From: Paragordius varius | Taxonomy: Eukaryota; Animalia; Nematomorpha | Direction of reading: 5' to 3' | Length of the DNA: 64,000 nt | NCBI GenBank assembly: GCA_964247055.1 | Contig: OZ176050.1 | Coordinates: forward strand, 10,044,001-10,108,000 | Shown: positions 14,501 through 26,231 of the stretch, piece after piece | Layout of the letters: each line of letters starts with the position of its first letter | How positions within the stretch are numbered: position 1 is the stretch's first letter | Notes under the pieces: generated by a model | What the model saw: only the letters and a program-made list of their open reading frames with translations | Databases searched by the model: none | What the model was told of the DNA's origin: nothing | Program-made: the position numbers and the translations under genes

Positions 14501-17500
14501 GACTTTACTAGAATTATATTTTGTAGGATTTAGACGATGATCAAATTATTACGATAAGACAGAAAATTCTGGAATCTCGGCAAAGTATTGTCACAACCAC
14601 CGAAGAAGAAGTTAAACGCATCAAACCTTTTGAAGATAATGTATTTAACATGTTTTTTTATCACTTTATAAATGTCAAATTACTTTAAAATTTTTACAGT
14701 AATCTTTTATAACATTCCTTATTTAATATATGTATAGATCCGTAGACCATACTATCACATTAAGCCGTTAGAACGGTTCCAGCTAAAAAATTGGATGAAT
14801 TATTTAGATTTTATAATGACACGCATTCCTGACTACAATCAACCGGATAGTGTGGCTAAACATAGACTTCGAATTAGGGAATTATTTGAGAGGTGTCTCG
14901 TCACCTGTGCCAATTATGAAGAATTTTGGTTAAAGGTATATTTATACAATGCTTAACTTGACAAGAAAGTTTCACGTTATATAGATATATTGATAAAAAT
15001 ATAGTTGATGCCATTGAATTTATAATATTTATTTCAAGAGTTTTAATTGACATGAAAAATTAATTTTTTGATTGTTTAAAGATTTTTTTTATAACAACAC
15101 TATTTTTGCGCGATTATCCGTCAATTTAGGTGGTTACATTATTAAAAATTTCAACAAACTTATTTCTATTTTTTACTTCGAATAGTTTGCCAAGCATCTT
15201 GAAACATATGATCTTACAACTATGAGGCATGTTTTGCAAAGAGCTGCATTTATTCACCTTCCTACCAAAACCAACATTTTTACCTTTTGGGCAGCTTTGG
15301 AAGAAAAATATGGTATATTTTATCGATTAAATATTTTTGACGTTTTTTCATTAAAATTAAAATTGTGTTTTGAATAATATTTAAATTTTGGAAACATATG
15401 TAAAAAGAATCAAATTTATTATTATTTTTGGCTCTTTAAAAATCTTCAAACTTATATGCAATCTAGGAAGTTTTTAAATATATATATTCAATTTTAAATG
15501 ATTAAAACTAATAAATTAGACCATTTTTTAATAAAATAGTAGATAAGTTAATCAGTGTATGATCACTTTTTATTTTGAAAAAAAGCTTATAACTGAAGGA
15601 ATCAACTATATTTAAATGTTTTAACATGTAACATTCATTGAAATCAACATTTAGTATAACCTTTTGTTTGTTAGGGAATTATCAAACGGCCTTTTTTCTC
15701 CTGAATTTGTTGGATGCAAACGTACCAGATCTCATGCAAACAGCCATTAGTCGAATCAACCTAGTTCGCCGTTCTCCAGTTTTACAGTCCAGGCTAGCTC
15801 TTGAATTCAATCTTTTCACAACAACGAATAACACCAACACTAACCATGCAATCATAAAGAAAGAAGAACCGGTGAATAATGACAGTAATAGTGTTGTAAA
15901 CAAAAAGGATGATACTGTTTTATTAACGAATGGAGAAAATCAGGGCTATGACGCGACCGAAACTGATATAGATGGTAAAATAATGGAAAATTACAAGGAA
16001 CCTACATTATTAACAGATGATGGGGAGCCGTGTGATGTAAAACCCGATCTTTCAAGCATTGCCATTACGTACGATGCTCATTTGATTATAGAGGCTATGT
16101 ACCGGGCCCTACTGAAAAAATATGCAACAAATTTGTGTTACTATGGTTATTATGTCATACAATATGCGCGGTTCCTTGATAAAGTATTACTTTTTCGTGT
16201 TTTATGATAGAAATTTATTATTGTGTATCTTTTACAATGTTGTTGTTAAGTAATTATGAATAATGTGGCTCTATTGTATATATATAATTTACTATTTCTT
16301 AAACCAAGTATTCTATTTTTTTGCGTTCAAAAGCATATTTACTATAATTTGTAATGAAAATATTTAATTGAGTTATATAATATTTTATTTTTAGGTTAAA
16401 AACTCGCGTTTACAAGCTCAACAATTGCTTTTGGAGGCCATTGCCACTGATGCAGTATATTTTTGGATTTTATCTATCTGAAAAAATAAATCAATTTTGT
16501 AAGACATTTTATTATATTTGCCATTATAAATTTTTTGTTATAATAGAATAACGAAAAATTATACCTATTACTCATTGATCTCGAATATCAAAATGAACCA
16601 TTTAACATTGATGCGGTGATCGAATGTTTCGATTTGGCGCTCAATAGTACGTTGCCTGAAACAAGCAAAACCGCTTTTGCACAGCGAAAATATGAGTTTC
16701 TTGAAGCCGTTGATAATGATGTTATGAGGTTTTTTTAATAGTTTTTCCAAAACATTATTTTACGACTATGTTTTTGTATAAACACAATATACCTAATTAT
16801 TTATCTCACAGAATTAATCAAGCAAGGGATGAATTTACCTCAATGTTAAAAAGTTTATTGGGTGGGGAATTTGGTCCTACCTACAACAAGTAGATAATAT
16901 TTTAATTATTCTATTGACTAATAGAATCTAATCATAGTTTTTGGAAACATAATATTATAATTCCTTTGAATAATGCTATAAGAATTGAAGCATTAATTTA
17001 AAAATCATACGGCTTTATTAACGACAAAAATCTTTTATTTTTGATTTAGAAACTTGGTAAAATCCAACACCCCCTTATCACAGCCTGCATCCAATGACAC
17101 AAATGGTGATCAAAATAAAGGTGATGAAAAAAATAATACATTATTGGGTGGTGGAAGCAGTATTAGTACACACAAAATGCACTCCAACTATTATGCTAAT
17201 TATTACCAGAGTTATTTCGCTCAACTTGCCTCAAAGGTTAACATAACCAATTTTAGTTTCTAAAATATAATTATACTTCTCAATTTTGAATAAAACTATT
17301 ACAGTAAATTATACGGACAAAACGTAAAAATATAAAGACAAATATTTTTTTTCAACAACCATACTTTTTAGACCTTAATTTTTCCTCTATAAGCTATTTA
17401 ATTTAATTGTAGTATATAGAATTGAGTGTGTTAGTAATATATATATCTTTATCACACTTGAGTTATAATTAAAAAAAATCAATATTTAAAATTATCATTT

Positions 17501-17652
17501 TTTTAGAAAAAATATTTGTCTTTATATTTTTACGTTTGGTCCGTATAATTTTTTACTGTATTTTAATGTTCCATATTAATATTTAATAGGGTGCCAGCGC
17601 TTTTAAACAACCCTCTACTCATCTTGCCACGATTGTCAAGAAGCAAATTTGA
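11558..17652 (+). CDS. PRPF39: Pre-mRNA-processing factor 39 (HAT repeats, U1 snRNP-associated). About 14 exons: 11558-12043, 12136-12261, 12428-~12582, 14092-14259, 14328-~14428, 14527-14640, 14738-14935, 15186-15312, 15675-16183, 16395-16454, ~16546-16728, ~16811-16889, ~17049-17236, 17590-17652
   Basis: Spliced translation gives [100 protein letters not shown] and [10 protein letters not shown]. These are collinear with PRPF39/Prp39 as I recall it. All junctions are GT-AG and in phase. Confidence 0.93.
17302..17558. mobile_element. Tc1/mariner-like MITE in the last PRPF39 intron (257 bp)
   Basis: TA flanks on both sides. ~50-bp TIRs CAGTAAATTATACGGACAAAACGTAAAAATATAAAGACAAATATTTTTT and its reverse complement. 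Related copy at 39351-39639. Confidence 0.8.
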
Positions 17653-17825
17653 AAAATGCACTCTATTTAGATTTTACACAATCATCTTAATATATATAAA
17701 TTGAATCTTGTCAATCAATAATATACACATACTTATGACTAATAATAAATATATAAAATTTATTTCGTTTTTATTTATATGGTATAGTTTTGGCGTTTTC
17801 AATATATATACATATAGTAATAAAA

Positions 17826-20800
17826 TTAAAAATAATTTAAATAAAGGCAATGTATCACATAAACATTAACGAGTAAACTTAAAATAATGTGTTTTTTGTA
17901 ATTATATGAAGCATGCGTTGGTTTTGAGCCACCTGTCGGGCAATTTTGAGTCATTTCATCTAAAATTTAAAATAAATCATTGGTAATATAAATTAACTTT
18001 GAATTGTAACATATTCAAGTATTTTACATAGTCTTATAAGCCATATTTAAGTGGTAATTATCAAATATGTTTAAGACATCAATTTCACCATTACTTGAAT
18101 TTTAGTATTTTAATATTAATTCGCCTAGTTTAATAAACAAGTTCCTTACTAACTAATTAATTTCGTTATTATTGTTCGCATTAATATAATATTTTCCGAA
18201 TGCGTGTCATGTTGCCATTTTAATTTTTGCAATATCAGATACCTTCACTTTTTTATTTATTGTTTAATAGCTCCTCCCTGAATATGAGATGCCGTAATAA
18301 CCCCACTGTATCGTCTATACAAACATTTTCACTTTTATATTTTAAGAACACATTTTAGGTTTATCCGAACCTCAAATTTATTAAATATAAAAGGTGTGTA
18401 GTTTAAATTAAAACATGATTAACATTATATTTATTTACTAGAGTCACTTTTTTGCTTTTTTATATAATGGTTAAGACTTAATTTGTATCCTGACTTGTGA
18501 AGGCTTTAACATATGCCTGCCCAAGGCTGACAGATATGATGGAAAAATGCGTAGTTTTGGGGTTCCATCTCCGGCAATCAGTAAGAGTCTTGCGCCCTAC
18601 CTACTAAAGCTTTAATTTTTAAGTTTTTAACTTTTACACAATTTGGATATCTCTGAAGCAAACACATTTTAGTAAAAATTATTTCAGCATAATTTTTTTG
18701 TTACAATTTAAATTGGGTCAAAAAAAGATTTTTTAACATTTTTATTCCTGATATTTTTGTGTTTATTACTATAATGTTTTAATTTAAATTATACCAATAT
18801 CATTCTGGAGTTGAGGTAAATAAATTTTTTGAAAAGCACAACTTCGCATACGCGGTCCTCTTTCTACGTTCAGTGTTCTTGGGGTCATGTGTGTTGTTAA
18901 TTTCAAATAATATTTTTGATAGGCATTGTACAAAGGCCAAGGGATATCGATTGTTCTTCCAGTAGGAAACCGATTTGGATTACTATTAATATTGCAAAAA
19001 TATTTTATAGATTCTCGCATAAAATATTATAAAATTAACATCGTTGCCAATTATAAATTTTTTTGTTCCTCTATAACACGACGTCAAAATAAGGACCCTA
19101 AAATAATACAAATTTATTAATTTTAATTTATAAATTTACAATCCGCCTAAGTCTCTAGAAATATTCGTTACGGAAGGCCGTAAAGTGGTAACCGCAAAAA
19201 ATCGGAAATAAATTACTATGTTTATGGATAATTACACTAGACAACAAATTTTAACTTTTTTTAACTGCCATTCTTGTAAATTTAAAATTTATTTCATTAA
19301 AGTACATAATTAGTATATCTGAAAAGAAAATTGGTCTAGCATGGAAGGATTTTTTTATATTAGAGTTTATCGATAATTTTTAGCCCCGATTTAACATTAA
19401 ACTCGAAATTTCGAAAATTAAAAGTTTTAGATATGAAGCCATGTATTTTATATCATTAGAAAGAGCGCAAAAAACTGCATCTTTTAAATGGTAGTAAGTC
19501 ATTTAAATCAATCGGATGTAAAAGTTATTTGGATTTAAATGGTTGAAATTTTCAATCCTTAAATAAGTCAGGAATTTTCACAGACATACTAATTTGAAAT
19601 TCATATAAATTATTTTGATATAATTATTAGGGTTATATTAATTATTAATTTTAAAAAAAATGTTTGAAAAAGCTTTTGGTTTGCTTTTTTAATAAAAATT
19701 ATTATTATCATAAATATTTTACCTAGTGGATACTAAAATGCATAGTTATAACTGTAACTTAATTACATAATGGCTATAAAAGATCAAAAATACCTTAAAT
19801 TTTGTTTTTATTTTTAAAATTTCAAAATTATCAGCCTTATAAAGAAAATAAATTAATATTGATGAGATGGTAATTTTTAAAAAACAAAAAACTTAAAAAT
19901 GGTTGTTTTGAGTGACATAAAAGCAATAAAAAAATGTTTTAATCAAAAAAACTTTCTTGTGTTATCTTTTTTGGACATTCATCACCATCTAAACAAAGTT
20001 TGAGCTATTTTCATCCATTAGTTTTAAAAATATAATAATTTAAAAAAATGCTCTCGCTTCGCGCGTTTGTCGCTCTTAGTGTCCAATATTAACTGTCGAT
20101 GTAATACATATTAGTATGAATTTTATAGAGTTTTTATTACTTATTCGAATGATATATTACAAATGGGCATTACTTGTATATTTTCAAAGAAAAATATTTT
20201 TTAGTAAAATTTTGATAAAGAGGGCGCATAATCAAAAAAAATCAAATTATACAAAATTCTTCCAACGAGTTATAATTTTTATTTCAGATTTACTGTTAAA
20301 ATGATACTAAATATCAGAAAATTCAAAAAACTCGAGTGGCAGAAAAATTTGTTGTCCAGTGTTATTAAGAGAACGTTAAAAAAATATATCTCTTTTATTC
20401 TTTATTATCGCTTTTCAAATATAATTTTTTCATTAGCGTCTTTTACGAATCTATGTGTTAATAAAATGTAGAATGTTGGACGTGTTTATCTATTCAAATT
20501 TAAAAGTGAAAATTTTGCGCCGACTCTAACCGGGCTTTTTGAATTAGCTCCTCATTAAGCCCCACCTCGGGTCACTGAGGTTTTTGAAACAGAACAGACC
20601 CTAAATAACGTGTTTATTAGTAATTTAAAAATCATGTAGGCTCATTTAATTCAATAATAACATTAATACTTTTTTATGAGTCCGTTTACATCATCGCCCA
20701 CTTTTTAAATAGCCCCCTTATATTACTTGTCGCTCGGTAAAATTGAATTTTTTACACCAAGTTTACAAAATTAAATTTTTGAAGCAAAAATTTGTAGAAG

Positions 20801-22963
20801 TTATAGGACTCTAACAAATCAATAGTAGTTTTAGGTACTAGTATAGAGGCAATCCCCCAACACCTTTTTAGTTAGTGGATGGGTGAGTCCCCCCTATGTT
20901 AAATACCCACTATATAAAAATAATTTGGTGGAGCAATTTTTCGGTAATGGATATAGTTTTAGGTGTTTCTTGCAAAAGGCAAATATTTAGTGTCCATACA
21001 ATTAATTTTATCCAATAATTTTTACTTCCATTAAAGTTTGATTAACTGCTAATAATATAATCCAAGTTAATTAAAAATTTATATACCTGGTATAGGCAAA
21101 GTTGGACCAATATCTCATCATTAGCATGCTCAATTGTTTCTCTTCGGGTGTGTAATTAAGCATAGTATCATTTCTAAAGGGTTCACCAAATACGAAGGGT
21201 ATTTCATCCCCGTGCATTACACCCATCCAAACTGGCCAAGGATTTTGTGAGGACCGATGAGCAAATTGATACATGTAAACATCCATTCCCATTACGGCAT
21301 AATGACTCGCAAACTCATTAACATTACAGGTAAACCATAAATCACCTGCCATGTAATCGATGGATCGTAAAATTTTCTCCGGGTTTTCTGGTTGATCCCA
21401 TGGGCTGTAATGAAAGGCTACGCTTTGTTGGGATACCGGATCTAAATGCCAGTATATGTCCTTGGTAGCGATACTTATATCATTTGGCCTTAAATTGCTT
21501 ACATCATTACGGAGAGGTTGAAACATTTTATCCAAATAGTAGATGCTGAAAGAAGTGCCCTCATTAAGATTTGATCCAACCAACAAGGGTGCACGTTTAA
21601 ATAATCCAAGAGCCAATAACTTTCTCGGGTTAGCTATGATAAAATGTCCATCAATAACCGGAACAAATGGGAATTGCATGACATTGGTTGTAACGAATTC
21701 CCTGTCTAGTAATGTCGTATGATTAACACTCCTTAAACACTTCATAATTTCATTGGCATATACACCACTTATGTTAGTGTGTGGACATTTCAATGAATCT
21801 GCTAGCAGTGTTGTTCGATGGAGAGCCTCTTGTGGCGTAACCAAAGCCCAAGGTGATGTAGCCGAGGCACTTTGAAGGATAGCATTGTTAAAATATTCGC
21901 TAGAAACAGGCGACAAAAGTTGAAAGGCTACACTAGACGCCCCAGCCGATTCTCCCATTAAAGTAATGCGTTTTGGGTCCCCACCAAATACCTTCGCATT
22001 AGATTGCATCCATTTTATGGCAAGGAGTTGATCTAACAAACCCTGGTTTCCGGGGGCCTCTTGTGTCCCGGAATATAAAAACCCTAATGATCCAAAACGA
22101 TAATTCATGGACATAACGATAACATTCATGTGAGATGCTAAAATTTTAGCATTATATACATCTAAAGTTATCGTTCCACTGTAATAACCTCCGCCATAGA
22201 TCCATACTATAATGGGTAGATAGCTTGTAATAGGTATTGTTGATACATTTAATTGTTGATTCCTGACTCTATCAGAAAGCAATTTAGATTTTGATTTGTT
22301 CGGAACCCATAAGTTAAGATACAGGCAATCTTCCGAAATGGGTGTATTAGCGTTCCACATATTTGACCCGCGAAAGTCTCCAAACACCGTATCTAAAGTT
22401 TGAACACATGAATTTGGGGGATGTAATGCATCTAAAATCCCTTCCCAGTGTTCTATAGCTTTGGGTGCTCTGAATCTTAATTCTCCGATCGGCGGTTTAG
22501 CAAATGGTATGCCATAATAAACATCTAAACAATCGAAATCCTTTGTTGTAGTTGTAGGGTAGGTTCGCAAACCTCTAACTTTGCCTGACAATGTTTGTGT
22601 TATCACTTCATCTGTTTTTACATTATCATTGGGTTGGACTTTGTTCCCTTGTAAAAACTTACCGATATTCAGGAGGGGTGGGTGTAATGGAACCTTGTTT
22701 GCAGAAACGTTAATTAAGAAACTGCTACCCAAACTTTCCAACCCATAGATGGTTTTGATATTTTGAGAATTGGTTTGATAAAAGCTACTGCAGATAAGTA
22801 TGATGATATAAAAAATATAGGGAACTTTGAGTGAGGTAGGCTTTAAAAAACATATTTTTTCCACATATTTTAGTGTAAGTGGTGGTGGTGGTTTAATTTC
22901 TTTCTCAGATTTCGGATGTAAAAATATGGTGGGATTAGTTGCGTTTAATAAAATTTGAGGCAT
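17826..22963 (-). CDS. ace-1: Acetylcholinesterase/cholinesterase, ace-1-like, ~732 aa. Exons 22963-21087, 18982-18795, 17959-17826. Predicted GPI-anchored form
   Basis: Catalytic triad motifs GESAG, GSNLNEG and GVMHGDEI. Choline-site W (GSNMWNAN), SEDCLYLN, GGG oxyanion hole, MNYRFGSLGFL and GNQGLLDQ present. Exon 2 encodes SNPN..WPLY..GPRMRSCAF. Exon 3 encodes DEMTQNCPTGGS...IILSLLVNVYVIHCLYLNYF* (Cys, small residues, hydrophobic tail). Total 2199 nt, in frame. The ace-1 subtype call rests on resemblance to arthropod ace-1 motifs. Confidence 0.9.
18515..18605 (-). mobile_element. Probable tRNA(Lys)-derived SINE head, copy 1
   Basis: About 90-bp element shared with 26138-26231. Minus strand reads AGTAGGTAGGGCGCAAGACTCTTA..., resembling the D-arm/A-box and anticodon arm of tRNA-Lys(CTT) (CAGTCGGTAGAGCATGAGACTCTTAA). 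Confidence 0.5.
19235..20361. mobile_element. Non-autonomous CMC (CACTA/Chapaev-like) element in AChE intron 1 (1127 bp)
   Basis: TIRs CACTAGACAACAAATTTT and CACTGGACAACAAATTTT (reverse complement of the right end). 3-bp TTA duplication on both sides. No coding remnant seen. Confidence 0.7.
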
Positions 22964-24175
22964 ATAAAAGCATATTTTGGATGAAATTATGTTTTTGGTT
23001 TCTTTTAGTAACGTTTCATATAACCGGATTTTTTCCCCAATATTAATTTTTGCTCTTAAAAGTATTTTTAGCTATTATACCATTAATTCATCTACAATTT
23101 AAAAGGCGATTTTCTATAATACCACATTGCGGGATGTAATATGAAAACCAATTTCAGGTGTAGTATAATCCAATAATTACATTTGAGAATCAAATTGAAT
23201 TTAATTAATTGAATTATAAATTCATATCATGTCGTCCTTCGAATAAATATTGTCTTATTGTGCTGTCTATAGGTCGTAAAACCTGAGCTGCCTACCTTTT
23301 GTTTTGTTATAATGACGAAAAAACTAATTAAAATTTTGGAATTTAACAACTTTGCAAACAAAGTGTTAATGTAAATTAACATTTGTGCATAATATCGCAA
23401 TAGTATTATAGGTGTGAAAAGAGTGTTGTACCCCGTAAAATTTAGATAATTAAAAAAGTACGCAAGAACATCGAGAATATGTGGTTGGAATTTAAATTTT
23501 GCGGAATATACCACACCATTACTTTTTTACAAGAGTAAAATGAAATTAATTAATATGTTGATTACTTTGTATGGAGAATATAAACAATATCATATCATAT
23601 ATTATTTTTTATTATAATTAATCTTTTTTTACATCAAAATATATAATTAATTTAAGAAAGAGTATTCCTTGATGGTAATTAAGAATTTTTATACTAAACT
23701 ATCTCATTTTTAATATCATAGAAAAGAAAACAGTGGATAAGTCTAAAGCGCAGTATATGTGTAAGTTGTAAAAATATTTATATTTTTGTCATAATTATTA
23801 AGTTATTATAGGATGATAGTGTGGTAGAGAATATTCATTCCATGATAAACTTATTATTTGTGACAAGTGTGTGACACATAAAAATATGTATTTTTTGGAT
23901 CAAATAATAATTAACTAGTAATTTTTATTATGTTCACATCATTATGGTAAATATTTTTCTGATAGGCTTTAGGCAAAAATAACTGTAAACGAAATAGGAT
24001 TCAGTGCATTCAATTATTTATTTATATAGTAATTTGATAATCTTTTTGCTAAAACACTCGCAGTGCTAAAATGGTCATAAGATCTGATGCAACGTATAAT
24101 TGATAGATATGAAAGGTTAATAATATCAGTTTATTTATATATACATATCGGGATAACATATTCATTAGTAAACAT

Positions 24176-24211
<36 letters not shown>

Positions 24212-24845
24212 TAATAAAAATAATATTTGATTAAAACTAAATAAAAAATATATGCATCTCCAGGGAAAACATAAAATGAATTATATATATTATATATAAT
24301 AAGTTCTCGAACTGACCAAACAATACAATGCTAGAATTCCACAAATGGCAGTTTATTCCTTATATGCAACTATTATTATAATTATATTTCATTAAAGCAT
24401 AACAACTAAATATAATAATAATTAATATATTATATATATTTTATTATTTACAAAGAATAGCATTACCCATAAAAACAAATTGACCCGTTACGCTATTTTT
24501 TTTTATAAATTTAGGCGGCATTTTAGTTTTATTATGTTATAAGGTAAAAAAATTTTACCATTGTATATATAAATCCATAGATACAATTTTTTTGGTATTG
24601 CTTTAACTATTAACTGGTTTAATGAAACTTAATTTAAAAAAGAACTTTTTGAGGGCAAAAGTATCTTTTAAGTGAATTTTTCGGGATTTTCGGATAGGAC
24701 TTGAGATTATTAAGTAAATGCTTTCTCAAAAACCGTCAAGTAATTTACATTCATTTATTTCCCTATACTTTACACTAATTTTCCTCTGATTTAAAACAAA
24801 ATTTATAGTATTAACATGCGATTTAAATTTATTTATAAAAACATA

Positions 24846-25015
24846 CAGTAGCGTATGCCATAAAACAATATTAGTCCATAAAAGAGTAAAAAGTTTTTTT
24901 ATAAAAACAACAGGATATTATGGATATGTGTGTATACAACTAAGCTTGTTATTTTTAAAAAAAACATTTTTTTATTCTTTTATGGATTAATAATATTTTA
25001 TGCCATACGCTACTG
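24846..25015. mobile_element. Tc1/mariner-like palindromic MITE (170 bp)
   Basis: TA flanks. ~45-bp imperfect TIRs CAGTAGCGTATG(C/G)CATAAAA...TCCATAAAAGA. Confidence 0.75.
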
Positions 25016-26137
25016 TATATAATAAATATGTTATTTATTTACACGAACGGAAATCGACTTGATTTTATATAATTTAGTAATAGAAGATGAATAAGTAATA
25101 AAAGTTTTTATAAAACACAAAAATGTAAAAAAGATAAAATCTTTTCCAATAAAGCTTTCCCTGTTTTTACATAACTATTGATGATTTCAGAAAATGTGAG
25201 ATTTATTGATCAATGGATAATACGGGTGATAAATCATTTTTTTTTGTTAAAAACTATATATTTTGGCTATTTCATACATTTTTAAATAATAAATACTTAA
25301 TTTGTTTTAAATTATTTTTAAAATAATACATGACGAAAAAGAATTTATTACTATTTCGTATATTTTAGGCTACTCACATCAAATAATTTTATATTGAATA
25401 CAATATTATTATAGTATGATTTAAGTATGTGGTCAAATTTCAATTTTATAGTTTATTTAATAAAAATAATTGTTCTTACCTCTAGAGATAATTTTTTAAT
25501 AAAAAAAATAATATGATAGAATTATTGTCTTTATTTCAAGGTCCACCTTGGTTACATACAATTTATTTTTGTAAGATAAATGTTGAATGATATAGTGAAT
25601 AGACAGTGAACTGATTAAAAATGACCCAAATCAGGAAAATACATGGCCCAATGTCGGCATCAAGACTCTTTTGTGAGAAAAATATTTATTTTTTAATTTT
25701 AAATATTATCCAGTTTTGTTGGTAAATTATATATAAAATTATTTTCATATTTGGCAGATCATGAGAACTAAAAATAATTTTACAAGATTAGAGTTATAAA
25801 GTTAATAGCTTATTTTTACAATATTGCATATGATCAGCATGAGCTCATTAGTTCATAGATAATTTATGAAAGCTCAATACATAGCGAAAAAAAATAAGTG
25901 GTCATAAATATATCTATATATATATTTAGGTAAAAATAACTCACTATTCATATGATGCCTTTGTTTTCGATCATCATTTAGAAAGATATTGACTATTATC
26001 GCAATCGATCCATATCGAAAATCAAAAAATAGCTAACTTTATGTTGAATAAAAAATTTCGATGGAAGCTAAAAGCCACAATCTAGATTTATTTAAAAGTT
26101 TCTTTGCAAAGGTAGTTTTCTATCGCAAAGAACACTC

Positions 26138-26231
26138 GCCTGCCCAGGGCTGACAGTGATGATGGAAAAATTGCATAGTTTCGTTCAAACTCTGGCACCC
26201 AGTGGAAGAGTCCGGCGCCCTACCTACTGTA
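26138..26231 (-). mobile_element. Probable tRNA(Lys)-derived SINE head, copy 2
   Basis: Minus strand GGTACAGTAGGTAGGGCGCCGGACTCTTCCACTGGGTGCCAGAGTTTGAAC has A-box-like and B-box-like (GAGTTTGAAC) segments. Collinear with 18515-18605. Confidence 0.5.

Noticed and set aside
22640-22870. Frame-preserving GT..AG segments in the AChE N-terminus (24-nt GTGGAA..TTAAAG and 15-nt GTAAGTTTTTACAAG)
   Set aside because: Not required for the frame and no conserved flanks to test them. The first has a weak donor and an AAG acceptor unlike the TAG class, and 15 nt is below anything supported here.
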